Source of the DNA: Verrucomicrobia bacterium GWF2_51_19
GTDB lineage: Bacteria > Verrucomicrobiota > Verrucomicrobiia > Opitutales > UBA12508
Direction: 5' to 3'
NCBI GenBank assembly: GCA_001831095.1
Contig: MIDP01000005.1
Span: 30,514-94,513 of the forward strand
Length of the DNA: 64,000 nucleotides
The notes under the pieces are model-generated. The model saw only the letters and a list, made by a program, of their open reading frames with translations, was not told the DNA's origin and did not search any database. Positions 53,942 through 63,630 of this stretch are shown in pieces. Each line of letters opens with the position of its first letter. The stretch's first letter is position 1. The translations under genes and the position numbers were made by a program.

Positions 53942-55459
53942 TCAATACGATTTAGCGAAGATCACTTTCCGTGATGTTTTCTTACCAGTGAAGATGCAAG
54001 CACCCTCGGTATTGTCCTGGTCGAATGGGACGCATCGGATGGTAACCTTGAGGTCGCGTTTGAGCTGTTCTTCGATGGCGGGGTCATCTTCGGCATAGAA
54101 CACTTTGGCAAAACCGCCGTGAATTTCGTCATGTTTCGGAGTAAAGAAAGCGTAAAAGCGCTCTTTGCTATCGATGTCGACGGTGTTGGCTTGCAAGAAC
54201 TGGCGAGCGCGCTGCAGCAGGTTGGCTTGTATGCCATCGAGGGTCGCTGTAATCGTTTGGACAAAGGTGTTGCGATCGACAAAGGCCTTATCCTTGGGCG
54301 AGCGATCGCGTTGACCGACGCATACAGCCTGTTTTTCGACGTCGCGAGGGCCGATTTCCAGCCGAATCGGGATGCCCTTTTTGACCCATTCCCAGCTCTT
54401 TTCGCCGCCGCGGAGGTCACGATCATCGAGTTCGACGGCGACCTGGCGGCCGAAGTAGGCCTGTTGTTCCAGATCCCGTTTGATATCCTTGCAGTAGTCA
54501 AGGACGGACTGGCGCGAGGACTCATCGCGGTAGATTGGGAGGATAACGACGTGGGCGGGCGCGAGTCGTGGGGGAAGGACGAGGCCATCGTCATCGGAAT
54601 GGAGCATGACCATACCTCCGATGAGACGTGTGGAAACGCCCCATGACGTTGTCCAGGCGTATTGGATGTCACCCTTCTCGTCCGTGAAGCGAATATTGCT
54701 GGCCTTGGCGAAGTTCTGGCCGAGGAAATGCGACGTTCCTGCCTGCAGAGCCTTACGGTCCTGCATCATGGCCTCAATGCAGTAAGTCGAATCCGCGCCT
54801 GGGAACTTTTCGCCCTCCGACTTCTTGCCCAGAATGACGGGCATAGCCAAGTAATTTTCGGCAAAATCCGCGTAAACATGGAGCATTTTAAAGGTCTCCT
54901 CACGCGCCTCTTCGGCCGTCGCGTGCACAGTATGGCCCTCTTGCCACAAGAATTCGGTTGTCCTCAAGAACAGCCGCGTGCGCATTTCCCAACGGACAAT
55001 ATTGGCCCACTGGTTGATGAGTAATGGCAGGTCGCGGTAAGACTCGACCCACTTGGCAAATGATTCGCCGATGATGGTTTCTGACGTTGGGCGAACAATC
55101 AGGGGCTCCTCAAGCGGGGAGTCGGGAACGAGCTTGCCATCGGCGTTCAAGGAGAGTCGAGAATGCGTGACGACCGCACACTCTTTGGCAAAACCCTCAA
55201 CGTGCTCCGCCTCTTTCTGAAGCAAGCTGACTGGAATAAAGAGAGGGAAATAGGCATTTTTGTGGCCCGTCGCCTTAAACATGCCGTCCAATACTCTTTG
55301 AATATTTTCCCAAATGCCGTACCCCCATGGCTTGATCACCATGCAGCCGCGCACCGCAGACAACTCTGCGAGATCCGCTGCCTTAATCACCTGTTGATAC
55401 CACTCGGGATAGTCCTCTTGCCTCGTCGGCGTGATTGCTGTTTGCGCTTTCATCTTCAT
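53942..55459 (-). CDS. proS: Prolyl-tRNA synthetase (archaeal/eukaryote-like type)
   Basis: 505 aa. YPEWYQQVIKAADLAE...VRGCMVIKPWGYGIWENIQ N-terminus, class II core, and C-terminal zinc-domain-like tail ending in Y. Confidence 0.88.
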   Translation of the reverse strand: MKMKAQTAITPTRQEDYPEWYQQVIKAADLAELSAVRGCMVIKPWGYGIWENIQRVLDGMFKATGHKNAYFPLFIPVSLLQKEAEHVEGFAKECAVVTHSRLSLNADGKLVPDSPLEEPLIVRPTSETIIGESFAKWVESYRDLPLLINQWANIVRWEMRTRLFLRTTEFLWQEGHTVHATAEEAREETFKMLHVYADFAENYLAMPVILGKKSEGEKFPGADSTYCIEAMMQDRKALQAGTSHFLGQNFAKASNIRFTDEKGDIQYAWTTSWGVSTRLIGGMVMLHSDDDGLVLPPRLAPAHVVILPIYRDESSRQSVLDYCKDIKRDLEQQAYFGRQVAVELDDRDLRGGEKSWEWVKKGIPIRLEIGPRDVEKQAVCVGQRDRSPKDKAFVDRNTFVQTITATLDGIQANLLQRARQFLQANTVDIDSKERFYAFFTPKHDEIHGGFAKVFYAEDDPAIEEQLKRDLKVTIRCVPFDQDNTEGACIFTGKKTSRKVIFAKSY

Positions 55460-55662
55460 TCTAAAAAATGCAGCGCCACTTGCGTTTTCGCAAGGAAAAA
55501 AGCGAGCGAGTCTTAGAGGCCTCCATCATTAGCCGATTTTTTCTAGCGATCTGAACGAGGCTGTTTGTGCAATGTCCCTTTTCCAATCCACGTGAATTTT
55601 GGGAGATTCGGATTGCAATGCGCCGTGGTATCGCTATCCTGTTAATGGACTAGGCCTTAGTT

Positions 55663-56985
55663 ATGGAGTACCAATATTTATCAAAGCTCATCGACAACAG
55701 CATCGAAGCTTCCACGCCGCTTGAAATCAAGGGTAGGGTGCTGCAGGTTGTTGGAACGATCATCAAGGCTTTTGTTCCCGGTGTGAAGATCGGCGAGCTG
55801 TGTTCGTTGAAAAATCCGTATGAGAAATTTGAGCTGTTGGCGGAAGTTGTTGGCTTTGAGCAACAAGCAGCACTTTTGACGCCCCTTGGAGACCTCATGG
55901 GGATTTCGTCGGCAACCGAGGTGATTCCGACAGGGAAAGTCCACACAGTGCCGGTGGGGCCAAAGCTGCTGGGCCGCGTTTTGGACGGTCTGGGACGGCC
56001 GTTGGATGAGGATGTCAAGGGTCCCCTAGAGCCGAAAGGCTACTATCCCGTTTACGCACCGCCACCCAACGCGATGAAACGGACCATTATTGCCAAACCG
56101 ATCTCGCTTGGCCTGCGCGCGCTCGACGGCCTCTTGACGTGCGGCGAAGGGCAACGTATGGGTATTTTTGCGGCGGCGGGCGGCGGTAAAAGTACGCTGA
56201 TGGCCCAGATCATTCGCAATACGAACGCGGATATCGTTGTTTTGGCACTCGTCGGCGAACGTGGCCGCGAAGTGCGCGAATTCATCGAGCACGACCTCGG
56301 TGAAGAGGGCCTCAAGCGTTCGGTGCTCGTCATTTCGACATCGGATCGGCCATCCATGGAGCGGCTCAAGGCGGCTTACGTGGCGACGGCGATAGCCGAG
56401 TATTTCCGCGATCAGGGCAGTCGTGTCCTGCTTTTGATGGACTCCGTAACGCGTTTTGGACGCGCGCAACGCGAGATCGGTCTGGCGGCGGGTGAGCCTC
56501 CGACGCGGCGTGGATTTCCGCCATCCGTTTTTTCGACTTTACCACAGTTGATGGAACGAGCAGGGCAGTCCGAAAAGGGCTCCATTACAGCTCTTTACAC
56601 GGTCCTCGTGGAGGGCGACGATATGACAGAGCCAATTGCCGACGAGACGCGCTCCATTCTCGACGGCCACATCATCCTTTCCAGAAAGCTCGCTGGCGCC
56701 AATCATTACCCGGCCATCGACGTTTTGGCTAGTATCAGCCGCGTCATGACCAACATTGTCCCGAAGGAACACAAACAGGCCGCCAGTCGCCTCCGACACC
56801 TGTTGGCCAAGTACGAAGAAGTGGAGCTACTCCTGCGCATCGGCGAGTACAAAAAGGGCTCCGACGCCGAGACCGACGAGGCCATCGAAAAACACGACGC
56901 CATTTTGAGCTTTCTCAAACAAGGTCTCGACGAGAAGTCCACCTTCGATGAGACGGTACGGGCGCTGATTGAGACGGTCTTATAA
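55663..56985 (+). CDS. FliI/SctN-family type III secretion ATPase (orphan)
   Basis: 440 aa. Walker [14 protein letters not shown], Walker [13 protein letters not shown]. The family-typical [16 protein letters not shown] and [13 protein letters not shown] are also present. Confidence 0.9.
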   Translation: MEYQYLSKLIDNSIEASTPLEIKGRVLQVVGTIIKAFVPGVKIGELCSLKNPYEKFELLAEVVGFEQQAALLTPLGDLMGISSATEVIPTGKVHTVPVGPKLLGRVLDGLGRPLDEDVKGPLEPKGYYPVYAPPPNAMKRTIIAKPISLGLRALDGLLTCGEGQRMGIFAAAGGGKSTLMAQIIRNTNADIVVLALVGERGREVREFIEHDLGEEGLKRSVLVISTSDRPSMERLKAAYVATAIAEYFRDQGSRVLLLMDSVTRFGRAQREIGLAAGEPPTRRGFPPSVFSTLPQLMERAGQSEKGSITALYTVLVEGDDMTEPIADETRSILDGHIILSRKLAGANHYPAIDVLASISRVMTNIVPKEHKQAASRLRHLLAKYEEVELLLRIGEYKKGSDAETDEAIEKHDAILSFLKQGLDEKSTFDETVRALIETVL

Positions 56986-57255
56986 ATGAGCCAGTGTACA
57001 TTGAAGATAAAAGCAATCCCAAATGCCCGCCAGGAGGGGATTGTCGGGTGGGTGGGGGATCGACTGAAGGTTAAGGTCTCGGTGCCTCCAGAAGCCGGCC
57101 GCGCGAACAAGGCGGTGATTGCGTTGTTGGCAGAAAAGTTAAACATTCCAACTCGGTCGATTGTCCTGATTAAAGGGCTTGCGTTTGCAGAAAAGACGCT
57201 TACAATAGAGGGCCTGTCGGAGTCAGATATTCGCAAACTTCTTAAGATCGATTAA
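56986..57255 (+). CDS. DUF167 (YggU-family) protein
   Basis: 89 aa. KVKVSVPPEAGRANKAVIALLAEKLNIPTRSIVLIKG matches the APPxxGxAN core. Its ATG overlaps the ATPase stop (TAAATG). Confidence 0.8.
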   Translation: MSQCTLKIKAIPNARQEGIVGWVGDRLKVKVSVPPEAGRANKAVIALLAEKLNIPTRSIVLIKGLAFAEKTLTIEGLSESDIRKLLKID

Positions 57256-57268
57256 ACACAATTGGCTT

Positions 57269-58015
57269 ATGAAAATATTATTCTTCCTCCCCCTGCTGGC
57301 ATTTGGCGGCTTGCAAGACCTCAAATACACCGTCTACACCGAGAGTTTTCCTCCCTATAATTTTCAGGATGCCGGTGTCGTTGGCGGCATTTCGACAGAA
57401 ATGATCCGGCTGATGTTTGAAAAATTAAAGCTTCCGGCTCCCAAAATCACTCTCACCGGCTGGAGTGAAAGCTACGAAAAGACGATCCACAACCAAACAC
57501 CAGATGTCGTTATTCTCTATTCCATTCTCCGTCTGCAAGAACGCGAAAATATGTTCAAATGGGTCGGCCCGATCGCGCCCTTCACCTTCAATCTCATCGG
57601 TTTAGTAGAATCTGACAAAAAAATCAGCGAGCTCGATGACGCCAAACGCTTCACAACGGCGGTCATCAAAGACGACTTCGCAGAGCTGTTTCTTCTCAAA
57701 AATGGCTTTAAGCTCAATCAAAACCTTTACCGTATTCCAGAAAAGCACGAACAGGCCATCGAAAGGCTCTACCAAGGTAAGGTCGACTTTGTCGCCATGG
57801 CGTACTTAAACGCTGTACACATCGCTCGACGGACGGGGCACGACTCAAAACAGCTGAAGGTTTATTGGCAAAAAGACGAATTTCCTTTTACCGGCCTCTT
57901 TATGGCCTTCAGTCGCAATACGCCTGATGCAGTTATTCAAGCGTTCGCCGACGTCCTGGCCCAAATTAAGACCAGCGGCGAGTATGTGACCATCCTCAAT
58001 AAGTACTTTCCATAA
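57269..58015 (+). CDS. Periplasmic solute-binding protein, family 3-like
   Basis: 248 aa with a signal peptide. ESFPPYNFQDAGVVGGISTEMIRLMFEKL resembles amino-acid ABC transporter substrate-binding proteins. Confidence 0.6.
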   Translation: MKILFFLPLLAFGGLQDLKYTVYTESFPPYNFQDAGVVGGISTEMIRLMFEKLKLPAPKITLTGWSESYEKTIHNQTPDVVILYSILRLQERENMFKWVGPIAPFTFNLIGLVESDKKISELDDAKRFTTAVIKDDFAELFLLKNGFKLNQNLYRIPEKHEQAIERLYQGKVDFVAMAYLNAVHIARRTGHDSKQLKVYWQKDEFPFTGLFMAFSRNTPDAVIQAFADVLAQIKTSGEYVTILNKYFP

Positions 58016-58106
58016 AGATCTTCCTCTTTGAGGTTCCTCTGTTATGTCTCTTTTCCGCTCGTTTGTCAATCCATTCTGGCTGGATGAAACAGCTAAGGTT
58101 TGACGT

Positions 58107-58447
58107 TCAGGCCCATTTTGGACCAATTTGCGCCAACGACTGCATGGAATGCAACAAGACGTCCAGCGCATCATCCTCGTCGCGCACAAGAGCTTTTTCT
58201 GCATACCTGAAGGCGTTATCGGGCATACCAAAAAAGCGTAGCAATAGGGGCAGCCTTTTTTCTCTGTCCAACGCTGCTTCGACAATCCACAACGTGGGCA
58301 AGTCTGTTCTTCCAGCATGTCATCGAGCCACTCAGTCATGCGCTCGCAACAATCCTTACACAGTAACTGTTCTTCAATCCAATCCCCCTGTTCGATCCGA
58401 AAAACCAAGGTCGCCGCCTTTCCACATATATCACAACTTGCACTCAT
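58107..58447 (-). pseudogene. McsA-like zinc-finger/UVR-motif protein, apparently frameshifted at a homopolymer
   Basis: Frame a gives MSASCDICGKAAT...LCKDCC...CPRCG...GCPYCYAF (4 CxxC pairs). After the run at 58230-58235 the sensible continuation FGMPDNAFRYAEKALVRDEDDAL...stop (58107) is in another frame. The uninterrupted frame-a ORF instead runs 170 nt into the convergent solute-binding gene. Confidence 0.45.
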
Positions 58448-58507
58448 AACGTCAAACCTTATGAGCATAAACCCTGCCAAAACAATCGACCGTTGCACAA
58501 TGAGCCT

Positions 58508-59380
58508 TTAACGGTAGTGAAAGGAAAAGGACACCCGCTCGTTCTCGCCGAGAAAGGCGATCATTTCTGGAGACCATTCGCCGAAGGGGACGAGCGACAA
58601 AATGGCGTCCTTGCACAAAAAGGTGGCGCTGTCGCTGGCCGTTGTGCTCTGGATCTGGATGGAGTTGACGCCGCCCTCCTTGTTCAACACAAATTCGACG
58701 ACCACAATGCTGCCAATGTCTCGCGGCGAAAACACGTGGCGCGCGCCCAATAAGCGCCATTGGTAGGCGATCGACTCAATCATTTTCTGCGTATATATGC
58801 CAAACTCGTTTAGCTTGGCGTTGATGGCGACCTCACCGAGCTCCGACGCCGCCGTAGGGATCTTGCGCAACGGCCCCTCAACGGGTGTCCGCTGAATGCG
58901 CGGCCGCGGCTTTGGTATTGTGACCGATTCTGCGTTCTCCACGACCCTCGGCTTCTTTCCAAACAACACCAGATCCTCTCGAGGCTCACCCGCCTCCATG
59001 GCCACTCCCACGCCTTCGCCCGAAATCGCCCGCTCGTACGGCAGACCCTCAACTGACTCCCCCTGGCTCATCTCGACAACCACTCCCTCAACTGGCACCA
59101 CTAACGTCGGCCGTGCATCGCCATCCACGATCTTTTGTGTGTTGATCTCGTCCGACTCGATGTGAGGCGCATTGCTCCCCTTGCCAGGCTGCGGTTGAGC
59201 CGCCTGCTGGTCCTTGAACGAGAAAACATCCGCATTGTCCGGCACCTTCGATGCCACATTCGGGTTCACTTCCATAAAAATAGGCATGTCGTAAACCACC
59301 TTCGAGACCCGCACAACCCGCCATTCCACATTCCATAACAACAAAACCAACCCCAACTGAGCCAACACCGCACAGGTCAA
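58508..59380 (-). CDS. TonB-like protein (start uncertain)
   Basis: One TM segment (LTCAVLAQLGLVLLLW), a charged/Pro-containing linker, and a C-terminal TonB_C-like fold (IGSIVVVEFVLNKEGGVNSIQIQSTTASDSATFLCKDAILSL). ORF track start 59599 lies in A+T-rich hairpin DNA, so TTG 59380 is proposed instead. Confidence 0.5.
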   Translation of the reverse strand: MTCAVLAQLGLVLLLWNVEWRVVRVSKVVYDMPIFMEVNPNVASKVPDNADVFSFKDQQAAQPQPGKGSNAPHIESDEINTQKIVDGDARPTLVVPVEGVVVEMSQGESVEGLPYERAISGEGVGVAMEAGEPREDLVLFGKKPRVVENAESVTIPKPRPRIQRTPVEGPLRKIPTAASELGEVAINAKLNEFGIYTQKMIESIAYQWRLLGARHVFSPRDIGSIVVVEFVLNKEGGVNSIQIQSTTASDSATFLCKDAILSLVPFGEWSPEMIAFLGENERVSFSFHYR

Positions 59381-59415
59381 TCCCCCTCGCCAACAAAAGG
59401 GTGGCTGTATCGAAA

Positions 59416-59454
59416 CCGGAAACCCTTTTTTATAGAATAAAAAAGAGTTTCCGG
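59416..59454. other. Long hairpin downstream of secDF
   Basis: CCGGAAACCCTTTTTTAT-AGA-ATAAAAAAGAGTTTCCGG. 17 of 18 positions are complementary. Confidence 0.6.
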
Positions 59455-59478
59455 ACCTTCCCAAAAAACACTTTTTTA

Positions 59479-59515
59479 GCGAAATACAAAAATGTCTAAC
59501 ATTTTTGCATTTCGC
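59479..59515. repeat. Hairpin built on the CAAAAATG/CATTTTTG repeat-terminus core
   Basis: GCGAAATACAAAAATG-TCTAA-CATTTTTGCATTTCGC. 15 of 16 positions are complementary. Confidence 0.6.
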
Positions 59516-59580
59516 ATAAAATTTTTTGAAGGGGATCCGGGGCAAATTTTTTTTTAAAAAAGGTTCACCCGGGCTATCAT

Positions 59581-62064
59581 CTAATTCCCGGCGTCCCATT
59601 CATATTTGGGTTTAACGTGGTGATTTTCGATATGGCGGCGGTCGCCTTTATGGTACCAGAAGAAGACGGGGCTGGCAACGAAGATGGAGGAGAAGGTACC
59701 CGTGAGAATGCCCAGGGTGAAGACGAGAGCAAAGTCGTTGATGACTCCGGCGCCGAAAATATAGAGGGCGAGGGCGGCTATGAGGGTCGTCAAGCTCGTT
59801 AGCAGTGTACGGGAAAGCGTACGGTTAATGGCCAGGTGAATAACATCCTTGAGCTTCATGGAGGGGTTGAGGTCAAGTTCTTCGCGGATGCGGTCAAAGA
59901 CGACGATGGTGTCGTTGATGGAATAACCGACGATCATAAGGATGGCGGCAACCATGGGCGCGGTAAACTGTCCGCCGAGCATGACGAACAGCCCTATCGT
60001 CATAAGGACGTCGTGGACGGTGGAGACGACGGCCCCCATGCCGTACCCGAACTCAAAGCGGAAGGCCACGTAGATCAAAATCACGACGATCGAGGCCAAA
60101 ATGGCGATGAGGGCGTCCATTTTGATGCTGTCGCTGACGGATCCGCCGATGGTGGTTTGGGAAATCAACTTCATGTCGGACTTGGGGAATCCTTTTTCCA
60201 GAGCGGAAAAGACGTTATTGCCCTTGCCTTCTTCGGTCTGAATCTTGAGAATTTCGTTATCTTCGCCGATGAGCTTTTGGTAGACGGGCGAAAATTCACC
60301 GAGAGCGTGCTCTTTAGCGAAGTCTTGAAGGGCGCGGATGGTCGGCTTTTCTTTGAAGCTGAGCGCTATTTCATCGCCTCCAACGAAGTCGATGCCGTAA
60401 ATGCGGTCACCCTTCTGGAAGACGACGACAACGCCAATCAACACAATCAGCCAGGACCCGATAAATGCCGGCTTGCTGTACTTCATAAAATTAAAGTGGG
60501 TCTCGCGCAAGTAGGTGTGAGTGAAGGCGGTTTTAATGATGCCGGAGTACACGAGGAGTTCGAGGATGACGCGGCTGACGACGAGCGAGCAGAACAGCGT
60601 TGCGACGATACCAATCGAGAGGATAATACCAAAGCCCTTGATGGGGCCAGTGCCCAGCCAAATGAGGATGCCGGCCGTGAGCAAGGTGGTCAAGTTGGCG
60701 TCCAAGATCGTCGCAAAGGCTTTTTCGTAACCGGCAGACAGGGCCGCTTTCATTCCTTTTCCGATGCGGATTTCTTCGCGCATGCGCTCGTAGATGAGGA
60801 TGTTGGCGTCGACGCCCATGCCGATAGTCAAGACGAGGGCCGCCACGCCAGGAAGCGTCATGGTTGCGCCCAGGCTGCTGAGCACGCCGAGGACGATGAG
60901 CACGTTAAAGAGGACCGTAAAGACGGCAACCACACCGGGAAGCATATAGTAGAGGATCATGAACACGATGACGAGCCCGGCACCGAGTATGGAAGCGTTA
61001 ATGGAGCTCGTACGGGCGTCCTGAGCTAGCGACGGGCCGACTTCATACATCTCAGCGAGCGTCAACTCGAACTCAAGCGGGTTATTGAGCACGTTGGCCA
61101 ACTCCAGGGCAGTGCGCTGCGTGAAGTCGCCTGAAATGCTCGCCCGGCCATTGGGAATCTCCGTCTGGATATTTGGAGCCGAGTACAGCTTGCCATCGAG
61201 CACGATGCCCAATTGGCGGCCAATGTTGTCTTTTGTGACCTGGGCAAAGCGCTGTGTTCCGGTGTCGGTCATGATCAGGCTGATCTCGTAACCGCCGTAA
61301 GGGTTCATGGAGACAAAGGCATTTTTGACATCCTTACCAGTCATTTCGGGAATACGTTTGACGTAGACTGGAATCTCCTGCTTTTCTCCGCGGCTGCTCT
61401 CACGCTCCATCATGAGCTTTTCATAACCGACGGGGACCTGGCTTTCTCTCGGGGCAACGAGGCGAAACTCCAATTTGGCTGGCTTTTTGAGCACGTTGAC
61501 GACCTCAGGATTGTCGCGCGTCGATATGCCTGGCAGCTGGATTTCAACCTGGTTGTTCCCTTTGGCCCGGATAATGGGTTCCGCGACGCCGAGGCCGTCA
61601 ATGCGGCGGCTCATGATGTCGATAGCCTTGTTGAGCTGGGCAACCTTTTCAAACTCGTGCTTGCCTTCGAGGGCAGACGGATCGATTTGCAGTGTAAACG
61701 CAACACCGCCCTTCAGGTCAAGGCCCTGTTTCAGTCTCGCCTGGGACTGGCGTAAAAGCTCGTTGAGCAAGATGTCGTTACGGCGCTTTTGGTTTTTGAT
61801 GTCCGCCAGCTTGATGTCTGGAAAGTAGACAGAAAAGTCCGTCGTTTCGCCCATCTGCTTGAGGGCCAAAAAGAGAGTGCTCGCCTTGCCTGCCTTGACA
61901 AGTGTCGTGGCCTCATCGAGGTGCTTGGCAAAGGCTTCCTTCTGGGCCGTCGCGCGATTCGCCATAAAAACGTCAAAGGGAGTGTCCTTAAACGGTATCA
62001 GACTGACAATCGCCCACACAAACACGGCTATTGATATTGCCGACTTCCAGAAGTATTTGCCCAT
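59581..62064 (-). CDS. secDF: Fused protein-export membrane protein SecD-SecF
   Basis: 827 aa. SecD periplasmic domain plus 6 TM, followed by a SecF half (GIDFVGG..., second 6-TM block). Confidence 0.9.
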   Translation of the reverse strand: MGKYFWKSAISIAVFVWAIVSLIPFKDTPFDVFMANRATAQKEAFAKHLDEATTLVKAGKASTLFLALKQMGETTDFSVYFPDIKLADIKNQKRRNDILLNELLRQSQARLKQGLDLKGGVAFTLQIDPSALEGKHEFEKVAQLNKAIDIMSRRIDGLGVAEPIIRAKGNNQVEIQLPGISTRDNPEVVNVLKKPAKLEFRLVAPRESQVPVGYEKLMMERESSRGEKQEIPVYVKRIPEMTGKDVKNAFVSMNPYGGYEISLIMTDTGTQRFAQVTKDNIGRQLGIVLDGKLYSAPNIQTEIPNGRASISGDFTQRTALELANVLNNPLEFELTLAEMYEVGPSLAQDARTSSINASILGAGLVIVFMILYYMLPGVVAVFTVLFNVLIVLGVLSSLGATMTLPGVAALVLTIGMGVDANILIYERMREEIRIGKGMKAALSAGYEKAFATILDANLTTLLTAGILIWLGTGPIKGFGIILSIGIVATLFCSLVVSRVILELLVYSGIIKTAFTHTYLRETHFNFMKYSKPAFIGSWLIVLIGVVVVFQKGDRIYGIDFVGGDEIALSFKEKPTIRALQDFAKEHALGEFSPVYQKLIGEDNEILKIQTEEGKGNNVFSALEKGFPKSDMKLISQTTIGGSVSDSIKMDALIAILASIVVILIYVAFRFEFGYGMGAVVSTVHDVLMTIGLFVMLGGQFTAPMVAAILMIVGYSINDTIVVFDRIREELDLNPSMKLKDVIHLAINRTLSRTLLTSLTTLIAALALYIFGAGVINDFALVFTLGILTGTFSSIFVASPVFFWYHKGDRRHIENHHVKPKYEWDAGN

Positions 62065-62076
62065 GATTTGCTTGTA

Positions 62077-62406
62077 TTAAATTTTCTGCTGAATAAAGGC
62101 CTTGCTGACCTCTACCTTGACGCCTTCCCCGAGGCTGACAACGTAACGGTCATCCTTGACGCTTACAATCGAGCCATAAAAGCCAGACGCCGTCATCACT
62201 TCGTCGCCCTTCTTTATAGACTCTATCATTTTTGCATGAGCCTTCTGTCTCTTGCGCTGTGGCATTATCATCAAGAACCACATGCCTACCATCATCAGGC
62301 CCAATACTAAGAGCGAGGACATACCCCCACCCTGCTGTCCGCCAGCCGTCTCAACAACTGGCGCCGTTGCATCTGCTAAGAATAACATTGTGTACATATT
62401 GGCCAA
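62077..62406 (-). CDS. yajC: Preprotein translocase subunit YajC
   Basis: 109 aa. LVLGLMMVGMWFLMIMPQRKRQKAHAKMIESIKKGDEVMTASGFYGSIVSV is the canonical YajC core. Confidence 0.88.
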   Translation of the reverse strand: MANMYTMLFLADATAPVVETAGGQQGGGMSSLLVLGLMMVGMWFLMIMPQRKRQKAHAKMIESIKKGDEVMTASGFYGSIVSVKDDRYVVSLGEGVKVEVSKAFIQQKI

Positions 62407-62685
62407 CCATCAAAACACCTTTTCCCACGAATTCAAGCATAAACTTCTAGTCGAACGCTACCACAATCCTGGTGTCCCAGCCTTCACCGTGGATGCCTCT
62501 AGTGGGCGAAATTCGATTTCCACTCTAGGGTGCCTCTTCGTGTAGTTCCACATGCAACCATCTTGCAGCCCCAGTGGCCATTTTCAGCTGGTGAACTTTC
62601 CATCGTTCGCTAAATTAATTGTAGTTTAAGGCGATTGCTAAAAAACGGTTGCATTTGCGCGGCAAAGCGGTTACTGTTGAGGGGC

Positions 62686-63630
62686 ATGGATGACTGGCAA
62701 ACGTTACCGAGGGTGTTAGCTGCGATAGGCGTGGTACTGGTTCTCTGTGTTTACATGGCTCTGATCGAACGCAAGCTGGCGGCGAAAGTGCAGGGACGGC
62801 GCGACAGCAATACCGTCAGCGTTGCATTTTTTGATGGTCTGCCGTTTTCGGGCCTCTTGAAGCATTGGGGCATTTTTCAACCCATTGCTGACATCCTCAA
62901 ACTCTTCGTCAAAGAACAGGCGACGTCGTGGAGGCAGAAGGTGCTCGTCTTGGCCTACTTCGCGACTGCCCTGTTTCCCTTCTTCGTTATGCCTGTTGGA
63001 ATGCAGAAAGGCGCCACACAGCCATTGATTTTGTCGAGTGTGCAAGGCAGCCTGCTCTTTGTCTTGATCGTGCGTCTGTGGGGTCACGGAATCTCGACCC
63101 AGATTCAAGGCGGCCGTTGGCGACTTTTACGGGGAATTTCGACCGAATTGCTCTTGTTTTTTGTCATACTATCGGTGAGCCTGCGCGCGCACGTCTCCTC
63201 CCTCCCATTGACCTTTGAAGGCATTGTCTTGGCGCAAAAGAAATATTGGTTTGTGTTTTCACAGCCCATCGGGGCCCTCTTGTGCTTTGTGGGTCTCTGC
63301 TTGAATGATTGCGAATGTCCGTATAGCGGGGTCGCCCATGGCCTTCTGAAGCTGGGACAAAAGCTGCACACGCTCTTGGGAGCCCTCCTATTTTCGCTCT
63401 TCTTTTTGGGCGGTTGGCACTTCTTTCCTGGCTTGCCTTTGATGGGCACTGGGGTGATCTTTTCGATCGCGTGTTTAGGTCTGAAAATGGCGGGGGTGAT
63501 TTTCCTCCTATTCTGGGTTCGCTGGACCTTACCACACATGCGCGAAGACCGTGTATTGGCTGCCCTCTGGCGACTCTGGATTCCGTTGGCGATTCTTTCT
63601 TTAATAGTTAACAGTGCATGGCAAAATTAG
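62686..63630 (+). CDS. nuoH: NADH-quinone oxidoreductase subunit H-like (divergent)
   Basis: ORF 62635..63630 trimmed to the ATG with GAGGGG upstream (MDDWQTLPRVL...). LIERKLAAKVQGR...FQPIADILKLFVKE matches the NuoH N-terminal pattern, but the usual GPN is replaced and there is an insertion. 8 TM-like segments. Confidence 0.7.
   Translation: MDDWQTLPRVLAAIGVVLVLCVYMALIERKLAAKVQGRRDSNTVSVAFFDGLPFSGLLKHWGIFQPIADILKLFVKEQATSWRQKVLVLAYFATALFPFFVMPVGMQKGATQPLILSSVQGSLLFVLIVRLWGHGISTQIQGGRWRLLRGISTELLLFFVILSVSLRAHVSSLPLTFEGIVLAQKKYWFVFSQPIGALLCFVGLCLNDCECPYSGVAHGLLKLGQKLHTLLGALLFSLFFLGGWHFFPGLPLMGTGVIFSIACLGLKMAGVIFLLFWVRWTLPHMREDRVLAALWRLWIPLAILSLIVNSAWQN

Noticed and set aside
57845-58498. 217 aa uninterrupted minus-strand ORF taken at face value.
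   Set aside because: Its last ~57 codons overlap the convergent solute-binding gene, and the sequence after the fourth CxxC pair is low-complexity. A frameshifted model ending at 58107 is more plausible (see findings).
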